In this document: positions 37,342-47,610 of the stretch, one piece after another
Layout of the letters: the number at the start of each line of letters is the position of its first letter
Numbering within the stretch: position 1 is the first letter of the stretch
Source of the DNA: Candidatus Schekmanbacteria bacterium
Lineage (GTDB): Bacteria; CSSED10-310; JACPHN01
Assembly (NCBI GenBank): GCA_016188575.1
Contig: JACPHN010000012.1
Location: 8,197-72,196, forward strand
Reading direction: 5' to 3'
DNA: 64,000 nt
The notes under the pieces: generated by a model
The model's input: only the letters and a program-made list of their open reading frames with translations
Database searches by the model: none
Told to the model about the DNA's origin: nothing
Translations under genes and position numbers: made by a program

Positions 37342-39075
37342 TCAACGCGGCGCCGGGGTCAGGTGGGAGTGAATCAGGCGGAGCAGCGGCAGCATCACAT
37401 TTCCGCTGAAGTCAAGGGTCGCTCCCGCGGCCGCAAAGAGCTCCGGGAGCGGCCGGCTTCCACCCAGGCCAAGCGCTTTTCGATAGGCGTTCACCGCCCC
37501 CAGTGGATCCGCCAATGACCGCTGCCATACTTGCAGCGCTCCGAGCTGCGCGATCACGTACTCCACGTAGTAGAAGGGCGTCTCGAAAAGATGGCTTTGC
37601 TGCAGCCACTCCACCTGTTGCAGCTCCTCCAAGCCATGGTGGTCCACCAGGCCCGCGTAGCGCGCGCGCAGATGCGCCCAGGTGTTGCGCCTGGCCGCTT
37701 TCGAGCGCTCCGTCGCGGTATAGATCGCGTGCTGAAAGGCGTCGATGGTCGCGGCCCACGCAAAGAAGGGGATGATGCCGCGAAGCTGGCGCCGCCGCGC
37801 TCGCTCCGCGTCATGCTGGCTGTAGAAAACCTCCAGATGACGAGCCCCCAGCAGCTCCATGGCCATGGAAGCGACCTCCGCAATCTCGGTAGGGACGTCG
37901 CGATACACGAGTAGGGGCTCGTGCCGAGTCAGGCAGCAGTGAAAGGCGTGCCCGCCCTCATGCAGCAAGGCCACGACGTCTTCATGCCCCCCCGCGGAGC
38001 TCATGAAGATAAACGGCAGCCGGCGGCGGGCGAGCGTGATCTGATAAGCGCCGGGAGCTTTCCCCACGCGACTGGCAAGATCCAGCAACCCGTACCGGGA
38101 AAGCTCGCAGAACTGCTCGCCGAAGGCCGAAAACACGCGCTCGAAGATCGTTTGGCAGCCCTCTCGAAGGGCCTCCGTGCTGGTGAAGGGGGACAGCGGT
38201 GACTCGCCATCCGGATCGGCGAGCAGGTCCCACGGGCGAAGCACAGAGACCCCGAGCTGGTCCGCAAGCTGTTGCTGAACCATGCGCACCGATGGCATCG
38301 CGAAGCGCTCGGTGGTCGCGTGAAGTTGCTCGCAATCCCGCGGCCCGTAGTCGAATCTCCGCAAGCGGCGAAACATGTAATCCCGGTAGCTTGCGAACCC
38401 GCAGTTGGACGCCATCTGGCCGCGAAGCAAGACGAGCTCGTGGAAAACGTCCTCGAGCTCGTCTTTGTCCTGGAATCGCCGCTGCTCCACGGCTTGCCAC
38501 GCCGCCTTCCGCCGCGAGCGGTCGAGCTCTTCCAGGTATGGCCGCATTTCGGGAAGCGTGCGTTGCTGGCCGTCGAAATCGACGGTCATGTTGCCCATGA
38601 GGCGTTGATATCGCCGCGAATGGCGCGCCTCAGCAGTTTCCAGTGCCAGGTTGTCCGCCACGAAAAGCGCCGCCTCGTTCTCGATGATTCTGTCGAGGAC
38701 CGCGTAGCGACGCGGCTCGAGGTCGCCGCGCCCCGTGCTGGCCAGGTATCGCAGGTGAAGGCGATGCCACCGTTCCTTCGCAGGTTCGGTCACGGTTTCA
38801 ATGTAGTCGAGATACGCCTGGTCAAGGGCGTCGGAGGCAGTGTCCCGCGTTGAGGCGATGTAGCGCAGCGAGAGCTCCTCGTCGATCGCCGCTTGCAGCT
38901 CGCTGCAGAAAACCAGCCAGGCCTGTAGCTTGGTGGCGCTCTCCAGCGAGTGCCGCTCGAGCTGATCGAATAGGGGTTCGACGCGGCTCCAGGAATCGAC
39001 GCTGGTGCGGGCGTCCAGGAAGGTGCCAGCGGACGGCGGCGGCACCGCGGCGAGAAAGGTCAACGGGGTGCTCAT
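37342..39075 (-). CDS. M3 family oligoendopeptidase
   Basis: HEGGH zinc motif, GKAPGAY, AEVASMAME, PFYYVEY. Confidence 0.93.
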   Translation of the reverse strand: MSTPLTFLAAVPPPSAGTFLDARTSVDSWSRVEPLFDQLERHSLESATKLQAWLVFCSELQAAIDEELSLRYIASTRDTASDALDQAYLDYIETVTEPAKERWHRLHLRYLASTGRGDLEPRRYAVLDRIIENEAALFVADNLALETAEARHSRRYQRLMGNMTVDFDGQQRTLPEMRPYLEELDRSRRKAAWQAVEQRRFQDKDELEDVFHELVLLRGQMASNCGFASYRDYMFRRLRRFDYGPRDCEQLHATTERFAMPSVRMVQQQLADQLGVSVLRPWDLLADPDGESPLSPFTSTEALREGCQTIFERVFSAFGEQFCELSRYGLLDLASRVGKAPGAYQITLARRRLPFIFMSSAGGHEDVVALLHEGGHAFHCCLTRHEPLLVYRDVPTEIAEVASMAMELLGARHLEVFYSQHDAERARRRQLRGIIPFFAWAATIDAFQHAIYTATERSKAARRNTWAHLRARYAGLVDHHGLEELQQVEWLQQSHLFETPFYYVEYVIAQLGALQVWQRSLADPLGAVNAYRKALGLGGSRPLPELFAAAGATLDFSGNVMLPLLRLIHSHLTPAPR

Positions 39076-39121
39076 GGGGAGAGCTCTCGGAAAGCGTCCA
39101 GCAACAGGCGAAACAACAGCA

Positions 39122-39982
39122 TCAGCGGGCCTGGCGAACCTCCAGCTTGCGAACCACTAACTGGGTCGGATCGACGTCTTCAGAGACTCCTTCAAACTTG
39201 CAGAGCGCGCGCCCATCGATGATGTGCGTATCGGAGCTCTGCCGCAATCCGCCGTCCCCGGGAAAAGCGACGGTCAGACGCAGTCGCGCGCCATCGAGAT
39301 TGCGGTCCGGGGTCTGCAGGGCGACTACGTAGTTATCGCCGATACGGAAAACTTCGGCAATCGTGAAGGCGCTCATGGTTCGACGACGGGCGGGTTGATG
39401 CAGAGCCAGAGCGGGGCCGGCTTCGGGCGGCGCGGGCGGGCCAACCTCCAGGGGCTCGGGCGCCGGTTCCTCGGCGGCTTCGGGTGGCGCCGACGGCTCG
39501 CTGGCCTCGCGTACGCCCGATCTGGTCTTGCGCTCCGCGCGCAGCAGTAATTCGCGCTCCGCCCGCAGCGAAGCCAGCTCCTTGCTGCACCGGGCGCACC
39601 GCAAGAGATGCTCCCCGCCCTCGAGTGAAGACGCGCGGCCGAGCGCTTCTTCGACCAGCGCCCACCAAGGTAGACATTCGGAGGAGCGATCGCGCAGCAG
39701 CCGCTCGTCCTGAATACCGAGCGCGAGCAGCAGCTCGCGCTCGCGCGCCTCGCACTGATCGCGGCAGTGTTGGCACCGCCGCATGTGGTCGGCGAGCAAG
39801 GCCGCTTCGGAGTCAGAAAGCGCATCGAGGCAGTACAGAGTGATCTTCTCATTCACCAGGTCGTGCACCTGGACGAGCTCAAGACCGAGGTCCGCGTTAC
39901 CCGGGTCGAGGGCAAGCAGTCTGAGCAACTCTTCTTTGCGCAGGAGCAGATAATTGATGGGGAAGTTCGCGGGATCGATCAT
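39122..39982 (-). CDS. Protein with two zf-HC2 (ZAS anti-sigma-like) motifs
   Basis: HMRRCQHC and HLLRCARC motifs, Pro/Glu linker, small beta-rich C-terminal domain. Confidence 0.7.
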   Translation of the reverse strand: MIDPANFPINYLLLRKEELLRLLALDPGNADLGLELVQVHDLVNEKITLYCLDALSDSEAALLADHMRRCQHCRDQCEARERELLLALGIQDERLLRDRSSECLPWWALVEEALGRASSLEGGEHLLRCARCSKELASLRAERELLLRAERKTRSGVREASEPSAPPEAAEEPAPEPLEVGPPAPPEAGPALALHQPARRRTMSAFTIAEVFRIGDNYVVALQTPDRNLDGARLRLTVAFPGDGGLRQSSDTHIIDGRALCKFEGVSEDVDPTQLVVRKLEVRQAR

Positions 39983-41700
39983 CGCTCGGCGCCGGGGTTT
40001 GGACCGCTCTGACTATAGGCCGCGATCAGCTCGGGGACGCGTCGCAGTGCCTCGCTGCCGCCCACGGGCCGGTCATATAGACGCATTACCATGAGCATGG
40101 CACCCATCCACTCCAGGCCCCGATGGACCAGGCGCGCTTCGGGAAGATTCGTCAGGAACTCGTCGCGAGTTGAGAAGCGCTCGATGACAATCCCGGACCA
40201 CCCGAGCCGGACAGAGTCCAGGTGGGCTCCCGACCCGGCGGTGAGGGAGTGTCTCGCCGTGTGTGGTTCGGCCAGGCGCGCAGCGGAGGCGGCAGGTCCG
40301 TCAGCGCCGGCCTTCAGATTCCAGGCCTCCAGCACCACGGCGCCGGGGCCAACCTGTCGTGTCAAGCCTGCCAGCACGGTTCCTGATCTGTCCCCCTTCA
40401 GGAGCCATGAATCCCCGGATGGACCATCCGGGATCAGAACGATGCCGTTCTGACAGCTCACCTCGTAGGCAAACTGGTCGGCGGGGATGCCGTCGACGAC
40501 ATCGGAAACGAAGAGACCGGCCAGGCGCGGAAACGACGCATGCTCCTCGCCCCGCGGGACGGTGACGCGGACGCCGTGGATCAGGCTCAAGCCGTCGGTC
40601 GCGGCTACCGCCTCGGCGTCGGTGACGAGTTGGCCGAAGCCGCTTCGTTGAAAGAGGCCATGGGGGCGCTCGTAGGGGACGAGAATGGCGGCGCCGTCGA
40701 GGCCGCGGCGAGCGAGCCGAACGCGCCATTGCGGCAATCTTCCGATGCGCTCACGGCAAAACGGCAGCACGTGCATGTCGAGATACCGTCGTTCCGCGAG
40801 CTCCTCGCGAATGACCTGCCGGGCGTCTGCAATCTGCCTGAGGTTGAGGCGAAAAGGTTCGTCCTCGGATCCACCGGTCAGACCGACTTCCTCACAAAGC
40901 AGGGTGCGGCGAAGAAAGGAGACGAGCAAAGGGGAAAGATCGGTGGTTTGCAGACAATGAAGGAATTTCTCCTTGAGGATCCCGAGGCCGATCTCGCGAA
41001 CCGATTCGCGGTAAAGCTGTCTGAAGTAGGCGGTGCCGGCGTCGCGGAGATCGCCCGCCGGGCGTTTTCGATGGACCACATAGTCCCAGAGATCGCGCCG
41101 GGCGTCGCGGTCGAGACCGACGAGTGCGCGGAGGGGGAGTGGCGTCGCCGTGTCATAGTGTTCAGGAACGGCTGCGGCCCGCACCCACCAGGGGCGGGCG
41201 AGCCCGAGCAACAAGATATCGAGTAGCGAATGCCGCTGCTCTCGATCCAAACCGCGAAAGAACGGATGGTCGGGCACTTTGAAGCGCGCCTCGAAGAGGC
41301 TGGTGCCGATCCGCGGGGAGAAGGTTTCCTGCCACCGCACGGCGTGGCACTCGCGGGCAAACAGGCGGATCATCTCATCGGCCGGATCGAGTCGATCCGC
41401 GGAGAGGAAAAGGCGCAGGCGCCAATCCGACACGATTTGGCGGCGTTCAAATGGCGACAGATCGATGGAGGGGTCAACACGCCGGCGCGACGCCGCCAGC
41501 GTCCGCACCCATACGCCAACCTGTGGGCTCAAGATATGGTGCAAGTAGTCGACAGGCACAGCTCGCAAACGATGCGATGACCCCCGCCCCGCGGCCGGGT
41601 CACCTGGGTGGATGACTGCTTGTTCTTGCCAGGCCAAGCGGCAGAAACTCGCCGGCAGGGCCGCCGTCAACCGCTCGGTGAGCAGCCCGCCGAGGCCCAT
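39979..41700 (-). CDS. Hypothetical protein
   Basis: Long ORF coupled (ATGA) to the zf-HC2 gene. Start set at ATG 41700 because GTG 41763 falls inside the promoter. Confidence 0.7.
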   Translation of the reverse strand: MGLGGLLTERLTAALPASFCRLAWQEQAVIHPGDPAAGRGSSHRLRAVPVDYLHHILSPQVGVWVRTLAASRRRVDPSIDLSPFERRQIVSDWRLRLFLSADRLDPADEMIRLFARECHAVRWQETFSPRIGTSLFEARFKVPDHPFFRGLDREQRHSLLDILLLGLARPWWVRAAAVPEHYDTATPLPLRALVGLDRDARRDLWDYVVHRKRPAGDLRDAGTAYFRQLYRESVREIGLGILKEKFLHCLQTTDLSPLLVSFLRRTLLCEEVGLTGGSEDEPFRLNLRQIADARQVIREELAERRYLDMHVLPFCRERIGRLPQWRVRLARRGLDGAAILVPYERPHGLFQRSGFGQLVTDAEAVAATDGLSLIHGVRVTVPRGEEHASFPRLAGLFVSDVVDGIPADQFAYEVSCQNGIVLIPDGPSGDSWLLKGDRSGTVLAGLTRQVGPGAVVLEAWNLKAGADGPAASAARLAEPHTARHSLTAGSGAHLDSVRLGWSGIVIERFSTRDEFLTNLPEARLVHRGLEWMGAMLMVMRLYDRPVGGSEALRRVPELIAAYSQSGPNPGAER

Positions 41701-41743
41701 CGCGTAGCTCGTCACCACGCCGCGCTGAGATTGGCACAAGCCG

Positions 41744-41773
41744 ATGATAAGTCCAGCCCACACCTGGAGTCAA
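41744..41773 (-). promoter_or_regulatory. Sigma70 promoter
   Basis: TTGACT-N18-TATCAT. Confidence 0.55.
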
Positions 41774-41787
41774 CCGCGCCCCCAGGG

Positions 41788-41925
41788 CCTGAATCCGCCG
41801 CCGGTTCGCCTGCAAGGCACGCGGAAAGTCCATCACGAAGACTCCCCATCTCACCTCCTACCGCAAGCGCGGGGAGGGACGGGGGGGCGCTGCCGCGTCG
41901 ACTTCGAGCAGGCGGTGGATTCAGG
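41788..41925 (+). repeat. Dispersed inverted-repeat element, copy B (best preserved, 138 bp)
   Basis: 15-bp terminal inverted repeats CCTGAATCCGCCGCC / GGCGGTGGATTCAGG (one mismatch) and a central GC hairpin. Confidence 0.8.
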
Positions 41926-41947
41926 AGGGCACGCCGGCCGGCAGGGC

Positions 41948-41976
41948 TTGACGTCTGATGATTCGGCAGCAACAAT
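41948..41976 (+). promoter_or_regulatory. Possible sigma70 promoter
   Basis: TTGACG-N17-AACAAT. Confidence 0.35.
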
Positions 41977-42101
41977 TTCGCGGGCCGTTCCGGATGCCAA
42001 CAATCGCTCATGGCCGCCCTGTGCCGTGGCGGGATGAAGGCCTCCGGTCATGACCACATCTGGTATCAGCACCCGCCCGTCGGGCAAAGTGGACCTGGCA
42101 A

Positions 42102-44753
42102 ATGCGCCGTGCCCTGGTAGTGAGCCTCGGGATTGCCGCAGCGGCGGCCGCCCTGCTTTCGCTCCCGCGTCCGAAAGACGCTCTGGACGTCGGGGTATCG
42201 ATGCAGTGGCGGCAGCCGACCTGCGCCACGGGTGGGGATCGCGCCGCGGAGCTCGAGCAGGGCCGGGTGAGCGTGATCATGCTGCCACCGGCGCTGGCGC
42301 CCCCGCTGTCGAGCGCCCTGACGACGCCGGCCTGCGCCGGCAACGTCAACGGTCAGGCGATGTGGCAGACCTATTTGTGGAGCCCGTACCCCGGTCGCTA
42401 TCGACTTGTCCTGTCGACGAAGCGGCATGCTCGACTCTATGTCGGCAAGCGGGAGGTCCTCGATGTCGTGGGTGAAAAGCCGCACGTCCACACGGAGGCA
42501 GCGGCGACCGAGATCGAGCTTGCCCGACAACCGCTGCTGCTTGTAGTCACGGCGACGGGACTGAGCGCTGAGGACTTCCGCCCCACCGGCGCGAGCTACG
42601 GCCAGGAGGAGTCAGCGCTCACACTGTCGCTGACGATTTCCGGGACGCCTGAGCAGAGCGGCGCGCCAATTTTTCAGCTCGCCGCGGAGCCCAAGCCCTG
42701 GCAAACGCGCATTGCGCGGCTCCTCATCGCCTTGCCGCCGGCAACCTGTGCGCTGCTCTTCGCGGGCTTCGCCGCAGCCGGCGTCACCATCGCCACGGCG
42801 GAGCGCTGGCGGCGCGCGCGGCTCGGGTTCGACGCCGCCGACCGCACGCGGCTCGGATTGCTCGGAGCCTGCACCGCCTTCGTTGTGGCCGGCGCTCTGC
42901 TGATCCATGGCACGGTGGAACAGCGCGGAGCACACGCCACGTATTATCGCGGAGCGGCCGCGGGTTCTCCCACTTTCCTGCGTCAACGGGAAGCCGCCAT
43001 CGACTTGAGAACACCTTGGGTTCATCCGAATTTCCCGACCCAGGATTTTTCGGCGGACTGGGAAGGCTATTTCACCGCCGTGGCCGCGGGACCGTACCAA
43101 TTCGCGGCGCGCTACGGCGGCTTTGTGAGCGTTGAGGTCGATGGTCACTCCGTGATCAAGGCAGCCAGCACCACGCCGAAGGTGATCGCGGGCGTGGTCT
43201 CCTTGCCACAGGGAGAGCGGTCGATTCGCGTCAGATACGTGCACGGGCGCGGCGTCGCCGCACTCGAGCTCTTCGTCCTGACACCGGGCGGGCAGGGCTG
43301 GGAACTACTCGGTAGCGGAGACCTCAGGCCATACAGTATCGGCGCGTCCGCGCAGGCTGTGGAGCTGCTCGTGCTCGGGCTGGCACCCGCGGTGGCGCTG
43401 GCCTTCGCGTTGCGCCTCCTGCGCCTCGCGGTGGCCGCTCTCGCGCGGGCCAGAGCCGCGCCGGAGAAGCTCAGGCGAAGCCTGTCAACCTATGCGCGCT
43501 ACGCGGTGTACACGGCGCTGGCGTGGGCGATCGTTTTCGGATTCCTCGAGACGGCGTGTCGACTGCTCGGGCTCCCGGTGCGGCGCGGCGCGGCCCCGGT
43601 CACCGCCACTGTCGAGCAGTGGGTGCGATCACATGACGAGGCCGTGCCGAAAGTCGATGGCGCGTATCAGATTTTTTGCTTCGGGAGCAGCTCGATGGCC
43701 GGCAATCCCCACCCGCAGAGCTCGGCTCCGCGGTGGCTCGAGGCGATCCTGAAAGATCGCGTGCCTGGAAGAACGGCGCGCGTGGTCAACTTCGGCCGCC
43801 CGGGCGCGCCCAGCCACTTCGTCCGCGAGGCAGTCCCGACAGCCATGAGTCTGGACCCGGATCTCCTGATTGTGTATTCAGGCCATAACGAGTTTCACGA
43901 GCGCAACCGCTATCTGGCGAGCCAGACGCGGCGGCAACTCGGCGTCCTGCATCGCAGTCGACTCTACCTGACGTTTGTCGACATCCTGGCAACCTGCTGT
44001 GGTGACGTGCTTTGGTCAGGGCAGACCGAGGTCGCGCGCAAGCTCGGCCGTGACGAAGAGGATCGCTTCATGACGTTCTACGAGCAAAACATCCGCGCCG
44101 CGCTGGAAAGCGCGCGCACCCATGGCAAGCGAGTGCTCCTCGGAACACTCACTTCCAACCTGGAGTATCCGCCACTCGGGTCAATCCAGTCGGGCGCGCT
44201 CGGGCCGGAGCAGCGCCGGGTGTGGCTTGAGGCCACGGCGGAGGCGCGGGTGGCGACCGCCGAGGGACGCCTCGCTGAGGCCGTCGCGAAGTTGCGGGAA
44301 GCTCAGCGGGCCAACCCCGAGCACGCGCGCACCGTGTATGACCTGGCGGCCGCTCTCGCTGCCGGCGGCGAAACCGCGGAGGCGAAGCACTATTACGAGC
44401 TGGCGCGCGACAACGACCGCACGCCGCTCCGCGCGCCGACGCGCATCAACCAGATTGTGCGGCGCCTGGCAGCGGAGTTTCCAAACGTCATCCTGGTCGA
44501 CATCGAGAAGCTGTTCGTCGAACACGCCCCAAATGGCATCCCCGGGTGGACGCTGTTCGAGGACTATTGCCACCCAAAGAAAGAGAGCTACCGGCTCATG
44601 GCCAGAGCATTTGCGGAGGCGATGCGAACGGCCGGCCTCATGGCGGCGGCGGAGTCGTGGACCGAGAGCGAGGGGGAAGCGGCCCGTGAGCTCGCGGTGG
44701 CCGTGGGCATCGACGGGCCAGCGGCGGCGAGACTGCGAGATCCTGTGAACTAG
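42102..44753 (+). CDS. Membrane protein with PA14-like, SGNH/GDSL hydrolase and TPR modules
   Basis: PA14-like DFSADWEGY..GPYQF. SGNH blocks FGSS, NFG, GHNE, DYCH. Several TM segments and TPR helices. Confidence 0.75.
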   Translation: MRRALVVSLGIAAAAAALLSLPRPKDALDVGVSMQWRQPTCATGGDRAAELEQGRVSVIMLPPALAPPLSSALTTPACAGNVNGQAMWQTYLWSPYPGRYRLVLSTKRHARLYVGKREVLDVVGEKPHVHTEAAATEIELARQPLLLVVTATGLSAEDFRPTGASYGQEESALTLSLTISGTPEQSGAPIFQLAAEPKPWQTRIARLLIALPPATCALLFAGFAAAGVTIATAERWRRARLGFDAADRTRLGLLGACTAFVVAGALLIHGTVEQRGAHATYYRGAAAGSPTFLRQREAAIDLRTPWVHPNFPTQDFSADWEGYFTAVAAGPYQFAARYGGFVSVEVDGHSVIKAASTTPKVIAGVVSLPQGERSIRVRYVHGRGVAALELFVLTPGGQGWELLGSGDLRPYSIGASAQAVELLVLGLAPAVALAFALRLLRLAVAALARARAAPEKLRRSLSTYARYAVYTALAWAIVFGFLETACRLLGLPVRRGAAPVTATVEQWVRSHDEAVPKVDGAYQIFCFGSSSMAGNPHPQSSAPRWLEAILKDRVPGRTARVVNFGRPGAPSHFVREAVPTAMSLDPDLLIVYSGHNEFHERNRYLASQTRRQLGVLHRSRLYLTFVDILATCCGDVLWSGQTEVARKLGRDEEDRFMTFYEQNIRAALESARTHGKRVLLGTLTSNLEYPPLGSIQSGALGPEQRRVWLEATAEARVATAEGRLAEAVAKLREAQRANPEHARTVYDLAAALAAGGETAEAKHYYELARDNDRTPLRAPTRINQIVRRLAAEFPNVILVDIEKLFVEHAPNGIPGWTLFEDYCHPKKESYRLMARAFAEAMRTAGLMAAAESWTESEGEAARELAVAVGIDGPAAARLRDPVN

Positions 44754-44828
44754 AGCCGTCACCAACCACGGGCGCCGCTGCGGCCAGCGCGCCGGCTGGA
44801 GTCGCCGAGCACACCCAGGAGCAGCGTC

Positions 44829-45458
44829 TCAGCTCTGCGCGCTCTCGCGATCCAGCTTGTCGAGCATGCCGTCGAGGACCCAGTGCAGGTGGCTCCTGCG
44901 GGCGGCGAGCTCGGCCTCCGCCAGCGGGTCCGTGCCCCACATCGCCGAAAGGACAGGCGCGTACGTAAAGTAGTTGATGACCATGCCCGAGAACGTCACG
45001 AAAAACTGGCGGGCCGACGTTTCGGGGCGCTGCACGGCAAGGTCCTCGAGCGGCACGCGAATAGACTCGAACAACATGGCGAGATTGCGCTGGATCGATT
45101 CCAGGTGTGGCCCATTGCTCGATACCTGTTGCTGAATCAGACGCGGGTATCGCCAATTGGTGGCCATGAAACGGAAGTAGGCATCGAGCATGTCGTGAAG
45201 GCGCTGGCGCACGGACATCGGACGCCGCGCCACCGCGGCGAGAACGGCCGCGTGAGCAGCGTAGTACCGCTCGATGACCTGTTCGAAAAGCTCCGCCTTG
45301 CTGCTGTAGTAGTAGAAGACCAGCGCCTTGTTGACTTGCGCCTTGCGGGCAACATCGCTGATGCTGACGGCATCGTAACCAAGCTCGCCGAACAGCTCGT
45401 CGGCGGCGTTCAGGATTCGTGACGCCGAATCCTTGGGCCGGGACATCTTTTTTTCCAT
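44829..45458 (-). CDS. TetR/AcrR family transcriptional regulator
   Basis: HTH RILNAADELF..GYDAVSISDVA..ALVFYYYSSK. Confidence 0.92.
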   Translation of the reverse strand: MEKKMSRPKDSASRILNAADELFGELGYDAVSISDVARKAQVNKALVFYYYSSKAELFEQVIERYYAAHAAVLAAVARRPMSVRQRLHDMLDAYFRFMATNWRYPRLIQQQVSSNGPHLESIQRNLAMLFESIRVPLEDLAVQRPETSARQFFVTFSGMVINYFTYAPVLSAMWGTDPLAEAELAARRSHLHWVLDGMLDKLDRESAQS

Positions 45459-45556
45459 GAGACCTCCGCGGAGCCTGCCGGCCGATTCCGAACGACGGCT
45501 TTGCCCGCAAGGTAGCTCAGGCCCGGGAAAATCACAAGTCTATCGGCGGCGTGCCT

Positions 45557-47488
45557 CTAGTTTCCCGCGAAAACGTGCAGCAGGTCGATTGGCGGAAGCG
45601 TGTCGGCGCTCCCCACGGCCGGCGGCACATAGGTTCCCAGCGCCCTGTCCGCCCAGGCCATGAGCAAGAGCGACGGGTCGTCGAGCGGCGCGGCAAACTG
45701 AAAATCGGCGACCGCGGCACGGCCATCGCTGGTCACTTCCCGAACGGTTATCACGAGATCCGAGAGCGTGATCGTCTCCTGCGGGTGAAACGGGAAACCA
45801 AGGCCGCGCACCATGCGCTCGCCCTCGGTGCTGTAGAACCCGTCTCTCGGCCGCACGCGCAGGGTGCGCTCGTCGAGTCGCTGCACTTCCACGGGTGCCA
45901 GGCCGGTCGCCAGCAGCCGGAGCTTTCGGAATGTCGGCTTGCCCGCGGCCTGACGCTGACTTTGGAGGTAGGCGACAAATCCGTCCGCGGGGGCATTGAC
46001 GACGACCAGAGTCCGGTCGCGGATGTCCTCTCCGGCAAATACCGCGGCGTCAATGCGCCCGAAGGCGTCCGCGAGCGCGTTCACCGACACGGCGCGAAAC
46101 GGCAGCAGCGTGGGAGCGAGCGCCAGGTGAGCCGCGATCAGGCAGGGCACCGCGACCCGCACGGCGGCGCGGCGACAGGCACCGGAGGTGAGCCCGGGCG
46201 CCGTCGTAGCGGCAAGGAACGTGGCAATCAACCCCATGCCGCCGATGCCCGTAAAGACGAGCAGCCGATCGGAGGTGAACGTGGCACACACGGGAACCGC
46301 GGCCAACAGCGCGCCGAGCGCCCAGAACCGCGCCGCGGCCTGCGCGCGAAGGACCGGCCAGGCCAGCCACAGGACGCTGCCGATCGCCGCCAGCGCCAGG
46401 CCGTATACCGCGACCCGCAGTTGCGCGGGGTAAAGGAGCCACAGGTCCGACCAGGGCCCGCCAAGCTGCGCGAGGAGAAGCACGGGAAGCCGCTCGAGCA
46501 GCGCGCCCACGAACCGGATCGGCTCCTGCAGGGGGTGCACGTATATCCCGCCGCCCCTGGTCCCATACCCAAGCGCGGCGTACAGCCCACTCCACGCGAC
46601 GGTAATGACCGCGAACGGGGTCAAGCGCAACAGGCGGAAACGCAGGGCACCGGAGTCCAGGAACAGGGCGTAGGAAAACAGGTAGGCGGTAATCGCCAGC
46701 GCTGATTCGCCGGCCAGCAAGGCGAGCCCGAAAAGGAGGGGGCCGAGCCAACAGCCCTTTTGCCAGCCGCTGCGCCGCCAGGCGTCGTGCGCCACGAGCG
46801 CCGCCACGGCCAGAGTCGCCGCGATCAGAGCGTTGCGGTTTGCCACGAAGCTCAGGACCATCCCGCGAGCATCGTCTACGGCGTACAGAAGCAGGGCGAG
46901 ACCGGCAATCCAGGGCTCGTGGATCCGCCGATACAGGAGGTGAACGACAAGCAGCAATGCTCCAAACCAGAGCAAGGAGTGGGCGTGCATCCACACCGAG
47001 GAGGTGGGAAAAAGCCAGTGATCAAGCACGTGAGTGCATGCGGACAGCGGTCGCCAAAAAGAAAGTTGAAAGCCGTCACTCGTCCACCAGGCGAAGCCGC
47101 CTGACTCCATCATGGCCGCGCGTTGCGCGGGCTCGCCTGAGGCGAAGACAAACAAGTCGAGCGGAGCGTACGGGAAACCGGGGGAAGGATTGTCCGGCGA
47201 GAGGCGAAGCTGATGGATATAGTCATCGGCGAGTCGCTTTGCCGCCAGACAGGGTGCGGCGAGCGTCACCGCCGCCAGAATGATGACTAGCGGAGCGCGG
47301 CGGTGTTGCAGACGGGCCCGCACCCGCTCTAACCAGCTCGTGCGAGCCCGCGACCCGGGGAGCGCGGAGGTTTCGCCGCCCCCACCGGAGCCCGCGGCAC
47401 TGGCGGCAAAAGCGCTCAGGTCGCGGTCATTGGCCGTAGTCTCGAATACTCGCGGGGACGGTCTCTCGTTTGGCATACGTTTGCCCAT
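45557..47488 (-). CDS. Multi-pass membrane protein (GT-C glycosyltransferase-like)
   Basis: ADDY after the first TM, FWRPL, many TM segments, GE and DR motifs. Confidence 0.6.
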   Translation of the reverse strand: MGKRMPNERPSPRVFETTANDRDLSAFAASAAGSGGGGETSALPGSRARTSWLERVRARLQHRRAPLVIILAAVTLAAPCLAAKRLADDYIHQLRLSPDNPSPGFPYAPLDLFVFASGEPAQRAAMMESGGFAWWTSDGFQLSFWRPLSACTHVLDHWLFPTSSVWMHAHSLLWFGALLLVVHLLYRRIHEPWIAGLALLLYAVDDARGMVLSFVANRNALIAATLAVAALVAHDAWRRSGWQKGCWLGPLLFGLALLAGESALAITAYLFSYALFLDSGALRFRLLRLTPFAVITVAWSGLYAALGYGTRGGGIYVHPLQEPIRFVGALLERLPVLLLAQLGGPWSDLWLLYPAQLRVAVYGLALAAIGSVLWLAWPVLRAQAAARFWALGALLAAVPVCATFTSDRLLVFTGIGGMGLIATFLAATTAPGLTSGACRRAAVRVAVPCLIAAHLALAPTLLPFRAVSVNALADAFGRIDAAVFAGEDIRDRTLVVVNAPADGFVAYLQSQRQAAGKPTFRKLRLLATGLAPVEVQRLDERTLRVRPRDGFYSTEGERMVRGLGFPFHPQETITLSDLVITVREVTSDGRAAVADFQFAAPLDDPSLLLMAWADRALGTYVPPAVGSADTLPPIDLLHVFAGN

Positions 47489-47610
47489 CGATAGCAGGAG
47501 CTCACGCCGCCACCGGTCGGTCGCCGCGGCAAGAGCGATACTTGCCCCGGGAACGCCGCGCTGTCAAGCGCGCCGGCGCGTCGAGATCGGGCACGTGCGG
47601 ACCTACGGCC

